From Nitrospinota bacterium (lineage in GTDB: Bacteria; UBA8248): a stretch of DNA of 11,919 nucleotides. The stretch lies in assembly GCA_046581755.1 (NCBI GenBank), contig JAYGFR010000287.1, positions 1-11,919 of the forward strand. Direction: 5' to 3'. Below, piece after piece: positions 7,117 to 11,919 of this stretch. Numbering within the stretch: the stretch's first letter is position 1; every line of letters begins with the position of its first letter. A program made the translations under genes and the position numbers. The notes under the pieces were generated by a model that saw nothing but the letters and a program-made list of their open reading frames with translations, was not told where the DNA came from and did not search any database.

Positions 7117-8001
7117 TTATTCGAAATCGGGAATGCGGATAAACCGGAACCGCTTTTTATTCCAGCGCCATCGCTCCTCGAAAAGGATTTTCCGGCGCGA
7201 TTGGCGCCGGGTGCCGTCGTCGAGCCGAATCCGGTTCCAGAGATGGCGCTCGCCCTTGAGGACAATCGTGGCGGGATTGCCCGCCCCGTTGAAGTTCAGC
7301 CGCATCTTCGCCTTTAACGTCTCGTTCCGGATGATGGTGCGCTTTTTCGCCTTCTCCTTCTCGGGGGGCCAGACAAACTTTCCCTGGAGCCGCCCGAACC
7401 AGACGAGATCGAACCGGCGGCTCCCGTTCAACTTGATGATTCGAAGCGAATCGACCATCAGGCCGGCCCGGTCGTCCCGCGCATAAATGATCAATTCGTT
7501 CTCGCCCCCGCCCGTCAGATCCACCAGCTGAAATGTGATGGGCCTGTCGTGGCTGATCTCGCTGTAGGACGAGAGCGGGGTGCGGCCCCGCTTTTCGTCG
7601 TCCACCAGGCAAAAGGTCGCGTAATTCACCGCATCCAAATCCGACTGAACGACGATCAGCGTCTCATTCTCGGGATCGCTGTCCATGTTCAGCGGAATAA
7701 AATCCACCGTGAAGGCGTACCGCTCCAGATGGCCGGATGAAAGATACCAGGGCCATTCGGTCTCGGGGTAGCGGCAATTCTCAAGCCCTTCGAGCTGACG
7801 AGTGCGGTCGCTCGAGAAAAGCTTGTGGACGATCCGCCAATCGCCCGGACGGACGAGCCGCTTGAGATGGCGGGCCAGGCGCACCTGCCGGCGCTCGGAC
7901 GGGGTCTGGAAGCGATCGCTCCGGGCCGCCCAGGAAACAACCGTCAAGAGGGCAAACAGAAAAAACGCATAGGCGGATACGGCTACCTGGCGCCGGGACA
8001 T
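7117..8001 (-). CDS. Hypothetical exported/membrane-anchored protein (294 aa)
   Basis: GAGAGGG RBS. N-terminus MSRRQ followed by a hydrophobic stretch (VAVSAYAFFLFALLTVVSWA). Two loops of Dx[D/N]xDG-like form (LNMDSDPENETLI, VDLTGGGENELII). It fills the gap between co-oriented genes. Confidence 0.75.
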   Translation of the reverse strand: MSRRQVAVSAYAFFLFALLTVVSWAARSDRFQTPSERRQVRLARHLKRLVRPGDWRIVHKLFSSDRTRQLEGLENCRYPETEWPWYLSSGHLERYAFTVDFIPLNMDSDPENETLIVVQSDLDAVNYATFCLVDDEKRGRTPLSSYSEISHDRPITFQLVDLTGGGENELIIYARDDRAGLMVDSLRIIKLNGSRRFDLVWFGRLQGKFVWPPEKEKAKKRTIIRNETLKAKMRLNFNGAGNPATIVLKGERHLWNRIRLDDGTRRQSRRKILFEERWRWNKKRFRFIRIPDFE

Positions 8002-8101
8002 TTTCGAAATCCCTCTCGATGAAGCAACTCCCTGCCGACCCCCATCCCCCGGGAAGGTTCGCCGGGAAGCTTCGCGGGTTCGATGCCGCGCGGGCGGCGC
8101 A

Positions 8102-9020
8102 TCAGGGCCTTATAAGAACCTTCAATGTACCCTTTTTTCGGGCTCTTTCAAGGGCTTGGACGCCATCTTCGAGGGGAAGGCAGCCGTCCAGCAAGGGGGC
8201 GGTCCGGACCGATTGCCCGGCCAGGGCCGAAAGCGCCGGGGGGAAGGGTCCGCACCGCGAGCCAATCACCGAAATCTCGTCGATCACCACTGGGGCAAGC
8301 TGAATCGGCGAGGGAGCGGCAATCGTGCTTTTCAGCACCAGCGTCCCCCGTGCGGCCGTCAGGGAAAGGGCCCGCTCGAAGCCCTCCCTGGAGCCGGTGG
8401 CATCGATGACGGCGGGCGGCGGCGATTCCGAGGCCTTCCAGAATGGCGAGCTTGCGGGGGTGCCGGCCCAGAACGGCGGCGCGGGCCCCCGCGGCGGAGA
8501 GCACCTGGGCCTGAAGGAGTCCCAGCCGGCCGTCCCCCACGACCAGGACATCCCCGCCGGCCAGATCGGGGCGCTGCTCCAACACCTCGAAGCAGGCCGT
8601 GAGCGGTTCGCAAAATACCGCCGCCTCATCGTCCACCCCCTCGGGCACCGTGTGGAGGTTCCGGGAAGGCAGGGTGAGATATTCCGCAAACGCCCCGGGC
8701 CGGCCCAGGATTCCCAGGACGGTGCGCTCCGGGCAGTGCCGCTCGAGGCCGGCCGCGCACCGGGGGCATGCCCCGCAGCCGCAGTTGATCTCGCCCACCA
8801 CCCGCCGGCCCAGGATCGGATGTCCCGCCGGGCCAACCAACTCGCCGGCGAACTCATGGCCCAGGATTCCGCGGAAACCCATGTATCCCCGGGTGATCTC
8901 GATATCGGTCGCACAAACACCCGCCAGGCGAACGCGCACGAGACCTTCATCCGCCGCGGGTTCGGGGAGCGGAACCTCGCGCACGGAGAGGCCCGAGTCA
9001 TCCAGCCACAGGGCGATCAA
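8102..9020 (-). pseudogene. Zn-dependent alcohol dehydrogenase (MDR family), frameshifted near 8414
   Basis: The N-terminal frame (TTG 9020) carries GVCATD, LGHEF, CGCGACPRC..C and VVGDGRLG. The C-terminal motifs (AVIDATGS, RGTLVLKST, EISVIGSRCGPF, LKVLIRP*) lie in a different frame ending at 8102. It may be a real lesion or a sequence error. Confidence 0.85.
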
Positions 9021-9089
9021 GGCGAGGCCGTTCCGGAGGGAGAAATACGAGAAGGAATACGGCGCCAAGGGCGGCGCGCGGGAATCCGG

Positions 9090-9554
9090 TTATTGTCCGT
9101 TTTCGGCCTTTTCTTTTTCCTGGGCCTGATAAACCGGGCAGCGCCGGTAGGTGGCGGGGCAAAATTCCCGCTGCCGGGGCGCGGGAACCAGAGAAAAAGG
9201 AAGAATGACGGTCCGAAGGAGTTTCTTCTCACGCGATTCTTTCCCGTAGCAGACATTGGAGACGGCGGGATAGTCGATAATCCTGGGGCGGTTTTTCCGC
9301 CCGCCCAGATAGGGGCAATACTTCGTCTTGGAATCCAGGCTGGTGGGCAAACTGAGGCTTGTGCTCCCACTGTTTTTCCCCGAAAGGGACACCCCCCGCC
9401 TCCGTGGAGTGGAGATAGGGGGGGCGGGAGCCTGCGCCGAGGACAGGGAAAATCCACCCGAATCCCCGGATTGGCTCTTCGGTGGGCCCGGCGTATTTCG
9501 GGGCGCCGATTTTCCATCGCCGCTTTTCTTGACCAAATCCACCATCCGGACCAT
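9090..9554 (-). CDS. Hypothetical protein with low-complexity N-terminus and a four-Cys C-terminal domain
   Basis: 154-aa ORF co-oriented with its neighbours. Ser/Pro/Gly-rich first half, then YCPYLG..YPAVSNVCY..RQREFCPATYRRCPVY. Start could be 9554 or 9545. Confidence 0.75.
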   Translation of the reverse strand: MVRMVDLVKKSGDGKSAPRNTPGPPKSQSGDSGGFSLSSAQAPAPPISTPRRRGVSLSGKNSGSTSLSLPTSLDSKTKYCPYLGGRKNRPRIIDYPAVSNVCYGKESREKKLLRTVILPFSLVPAPRQREFCPATYRRCPVYQAQEKEKAENGQ

Positions 9555-9570
9555 GCGATTACCGCCGTAT

Positions 9571-9576
9571 ATTATA
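9571..9576 (-). promoter_or_regulatory. Perfect -10 hexamer upstream of the Cys-motif gene
   Basis: attata at 9571-9576 reads TATAAT on the minus strand within an AT-rich intergenic region. No good -35 at canonical spacing. Confidence 0.45.
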
Positions 9577-9705
9577 TTTCAGACATTTACTTTTTAAGCG
9601 CATCGTCTCTTTCTGGCGCTCTTGGGTGTTTCATACACGATCAGGATAATAAATATTCCTAAAATAATCAAGTTAATTCAGGACCAGCCGGAACAATTCC
9701 ACCCC

Positions 9706-9738
9706 CCTGCTCATCGAATTTTCCTGCTCATCGAATTT
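9706..9738. repeat. Perfect 16-bp direct repeat, 17-bp period
   Basis: cctgctcatcgaattt at 9706-9721 and 9723-9738, just past the ctpA stop codon. Confidence 0.9.
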
Positions 9739-9753
9739 CAAGAAAGATATGAA

Positions 9754-11424
9754 TCAAGGACGCCGGCTGCGGCCGGTCGGAACCTTGGCGGTCGAGGTCC
9801 TCTTCGCCTGCCGGGCCATCTGGGACTGAACCCGGCCCGCCACCATGCGAAGAACCCCCACGACCCGGCTCTTGGTTCTTCTCAAGGTCCGAAGAGCCAC
9901 CTGAAGAGCCTCATCGTCTTTCCCGAAATCGGGATCGTCGAGTCTTCTCGGCCGCTTGCGGGGAGCTTTTCTTTTCGAAACAGCCGGTCTTTTCGAAACG
10001 GCCGGAGCCTTCTTGTTTTTCGATTTCGAGGCCCGCCTTTTCTTGATCCGCCTCGGAACCGGGCCGGCCTCCACGTCGGGCACGATGCCTTTCCCGTGAA
10101 TCTCAATGCCAAGAGGGGTGTAATACTTTGCCGTCGTGATTCGAATTCCCGCCCCGCCGCTGATGGGAATGATGGTCTGAACCGACCCCTTGCCGAAGGT
10201 CTTGCGCCCGATCAGCAGTCCCCGGTCCAGATCTCTCATGGCGCCGGCAACGATTTCCGAGGCGCTCGCGCTTCCCTCGTTGACGAGAACGATGAGCTGT
10301 TTTTTGGACCACAACCCGTTCCCGTGGGTCCGGAAATACATGGTCTGGTTCCGGTGGCGTCCCCGGGTGAACACCACCATGTTTTTTTCGGGGAGAAACC
10401 GCTCGGCCACCCGGACCGATTGGCGCAAAAGACCGCCCGGGTTGTTTCGAAGATCGAGGACCATGGCGCGAACCCCGGCATCGCGGAACCGGCGAATCGC
10501 CTTGCCCATCTCCTCCGAGGTCCGCTCGTGAAAGGCGCTCAGCCGGATATATCCGATGTTCCCGTCCATGATGCGCGACTTGACGCTTCGAATCTGGACG
10601 ATGGCCCGGACTACGACGAACTCTCTGGGCGAGGACCATCCCGCGCGTGAGATCCCGAGCCGCACGGCCGTCCCCGGCAGGCCCCTCATTTTTTTCACCG
10701 CCGTCGAAAGCGTCCAGCCCTCGGTCGATTCCCCGTTGACGACAGCTATGACATCGCCCGGCATGAGCCCCACCCTGTCGGCCGGGGTATCGTCGATGGG
10801 GGAGACGATGGTGATTCTTTTGTCCCGGGTGGTGATGGTGATTCCCAAGCCGCCGTAGCGCCCGGTCGTTTCCACGTGCATCTCGCGGTAGACATCGGGG
10901 GGCAGAAACGCGCTGAACTTATCCAGGGAATTGAGAATCGCGCCAAGCGCGGCGTACATCACCTTGAGATCGGTCGCCTTTTTCTTGCTCCCCTTTCCCG
11001 CCTTGGCCCCCTTTTCCGCCTTGGCCGCGTTGGCCAGAGCGAACCGGTAGGCCCGCTCCATGGCGGGAAGCCCGCCCAACCTTTTGCTCCCGAACCGGAG
11101 GACCAACTCCTCCCCTTCGGCCCGCAGGGTGTAGCGTCCCGAGTCCATCCGGATGACCTCGAGACGCTTTTTCCCGAGGATGCGCTGCATCCCGGTGAGT
11201 CCGGCTCCAAACGCCTTGTTCAGGTTGGGAAAGGTGACGTATTGCTCCTCCACCTGGGCGACGGTCTCGCGGAGAAGCCGGATGGCCTGGCGCTGGTCTC
11301 TCGTGAGATTCGGCAGATTGCCCGGCGGACTGGCCGGCGCGTAGGAAATGGAAACGAGCGCCAGCGCGAGAACCGCCAGGAGGCCCAAGGGCCAATTGGA
11401 CTTCAAGCGTTTCAGAAAAATCAT
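9754..11424 (-). CDS. ctpA: S41A carboxy-terminal processing protease with PDZ domain (about 556 aa)
   Basis: Signal-peptide-like N-terminus, PDZ (YGGLGITI..SPIDDTPA..GD.I..VNG), DLRNNPGG, catalytic Ser in GSASASEIVAG and Lys in TFGKGSVQ, TTAKYYTP. ATG 11424 is preceded by GGGGA. Confidence 0.95.
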   Translation of the reverse strand: MIFLKRLKSNWPLGLLAVLALALVSISYAPASPPGNLPNLTRDQRQAIRLLRETVAQVEEQYVTFPNLNKAFGAGLTGMQRILGKKRLEVIRMDSGRYTLRAEGEELVLRFGSKRLGGLPAMERAYRFALANAAKAEKGAKAGKGSKKKATDLKVMYAALGAILNSLDKFSAFLPPDVYREMHVETTGRYGGLGITITTRDKRITIVSPIDDTPADRVGLMPGDVIAVVNGESTEGWTLSTAVKKMRGLPGTAVRLGISRAGWSSPREFVVVRAIVQIRSVKSRIMDGNIGYIRLSAFHERTSEEMGKAIRRFRDAGVRAMVLDLRNNPGGLLRQSVRVAERFLPEKNMVVFTRGRHRNQTMYFRTHGNGLWSKKQLIVLVNEGSASASEIVAGAMRDLDRGLLIGRKTFGKGSVQTIIPISGGAGIRITTAKYYTPLGIEIHGKGIVPDVEAGPVPRRIKKRRASKSKNKKAPAVSKRPAVSKRKAPRKRPRRLDDPDFGKDDEALQVALRTLRRTKSRVVGVLRMVAGRVQSQMARQAKRTSTAKVPTGRSRRP

Positions 11425-11568
11425 CGTTTCCCCGCAAACCCGCCCGTTCGGTGATACCCGCAACTCTAAACGGCCCGGTCAAATGTGCCGCTCCGGAGGG
11501 CAGAACTCCCCCTTCCGGGACAGCCCCGTTCCAAAACCGGCCGCCCGAATCCATAACCATCTTTCAAA

Positions 11569-11598
11569 ATCATATAGGTTTAGCCCGCCCCATGCCAA
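11569..11598 (-). promoter_or_regulatory. Candidate sigma70-type promoter of ctpA
   Basis: The minus strand reads TTGGCA (11598-11593), 18 bp, TATGAT (11574-11569). Confidence 0.45.
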
Positions 11599-11698
11599 AT
11601 AGCCTTAAAAGGGAACAAACCGATTGTAATATAACCCTTTTTAGAACTGGGGTTCGAATTTAGTTTTATCTGTTTTCGTCTGTTTTTAGGGATTCGTG

Positions 11699-11718
11699 GT
11701 TACAAATGAGTTACAAAT
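11699..11718. promoter_or_regulatory. GTTACAAAT tandem repeat (11-bp period), probable transcription-factor site
   Basis: gttacaaat at 11699-11707 and 11710-11718, between divergent candidate promoters. Confidence 0.55.
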
Positions 11719-11729
11719 CACCCAAAAAT

Positions 11730-11757
11730 TTGGTCTCGATGGAGCATAGACGATAAT
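11730..11757 (+). promoter_or_regulatory. Candidate plus-strand promoter
   Basis: TTGGTC (11730-11735), 16 bp, GATAAT (11752-11757). The predicted start near 11764 lies just upstream of the structured element. Confidence 0.4.
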
Positions 11758-11781
11758 CCCTAAAAACCTGACACGAAGTAA

Positions 11782-11888
11782 CCTGCTCCCGATAGTTGTA
11801 CCATTTCCTATGAGAGCCTTGGAACCATGGACGACGGGCGAAGCGGAGCGAAGCCCGGAGGCCATGGTTCTTTTGTATCGGGTGCAGG
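11782..11888 (+). ncRNA. Nested inverted-repeat structured element (retron-ncRNA-like or cis-regulatory leader)
   Basis: Outer arms cctgctcccgata 11782-11794 / tatcgggtgcagg 11876-11888 pair at 12 of 13 positions. Inner arms gaaccatgg 11822-11830 / ccatggttc 11862-11870 and cgggc 11835-11839 / gcccg 11853-11857. The structure is directly visible, but its identity and strand are inferred. Confidence 0.55.
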
Positions 11889-11902
11889 AGGCCGGTAGCC
11901 CA

Positions 11903-11919
11903 ATGAACTGTGCGGCCTG
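11903..11919 (+). CDS. Possible 5' start of a gene running off the window (MNCAA...)
   Basis: AGGAGG at 11886-11891 and ATG at 11903 (11-nt spacing). Only five complete codons are visible. Confidence 0.25.

Noticed and set aside
8050..8090. 13-bp tandem repeat cgggaa(g)(g/c)ttcgc and a T-arm-like cgcgg-gttcgatg-ccgcg hairpin (possible tRNA remnant/att site)
   Set aside because: The loop register is not a canonical T-arm, no acceptor stem or CCA follows, and there is no integrase in the window.
8325..10650. Long plus-strand ORFs (8325-9662, 9622-10650; likewise 2454-3299, 4105-4911, 4865-5917)
   Set aside because: They are antisense shadows of well-supported minus-strand genes in high-GC DNA and show no recognisable motifs.
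11583..11598. sigma54 promoter (minus strand TGGCAT..GG-N10-GC)
   Set aside because: The -12 element reads GGGC rather than TTGC. The sigma70 reading fits at least as well.
11607..11641. aaaaggg / ccctttt inverted repeat with 21-bp spacer
   Set aside because: Low-complexity arms in AT-rich DNA and a loop too long for a terminator, with no further support.
11822..11874. Simple intrinsic terminator (hairpin plus TTTT)
   Set aside because: No plus-strand gene ends upstream, the U-tract is short, and the hairpin is nested in a larger inverted repeat. It is kept only as a possible attenuator within the structured-element finding.

Overview
GC-rich bacterial chromosomal window. Most of it (1195-11424) is a run of ten minus-strand genes. 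In transcription order they are: an S41/CtpA carboxy-terminal protease, a small Cys-motif hypothetical protein, a frameshifted Zn-dependent alcohol dehydrogenase, an exported hypothetical protein, gpmI, a DinB-like protein, an LLM-class (probably F420-type) oxidoreductase, an atypical stand-alone receiver protein, an alpha/beta hydrolase and a two-module pentapeptide-repeat protein. A RutB-like isochorismatase-family hydrolase (484-1170, +) converges on this run. The most unusual signals are non-coding and sit at the two AT-richer ends. (i) A self-contained ~90-nt minus-strand small RNA candidate (258->167) has its own TTGACA-18-TATATT promoter, a three-way-junction fold and a U6 tail, and abuts the stop codon of a lower-GC gene of unknown function. 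(ii) A nested inverted-repeat element (11782-11888) has retron-ncRNA-like geometry, is preceded by a promoter and a GTTACAAAT tandem repeat, and is followed by an AGGAGG and an ATG at the window edge. All protein assignments are from motif recognition and recalled family sequences; no searches or folding programs were run.
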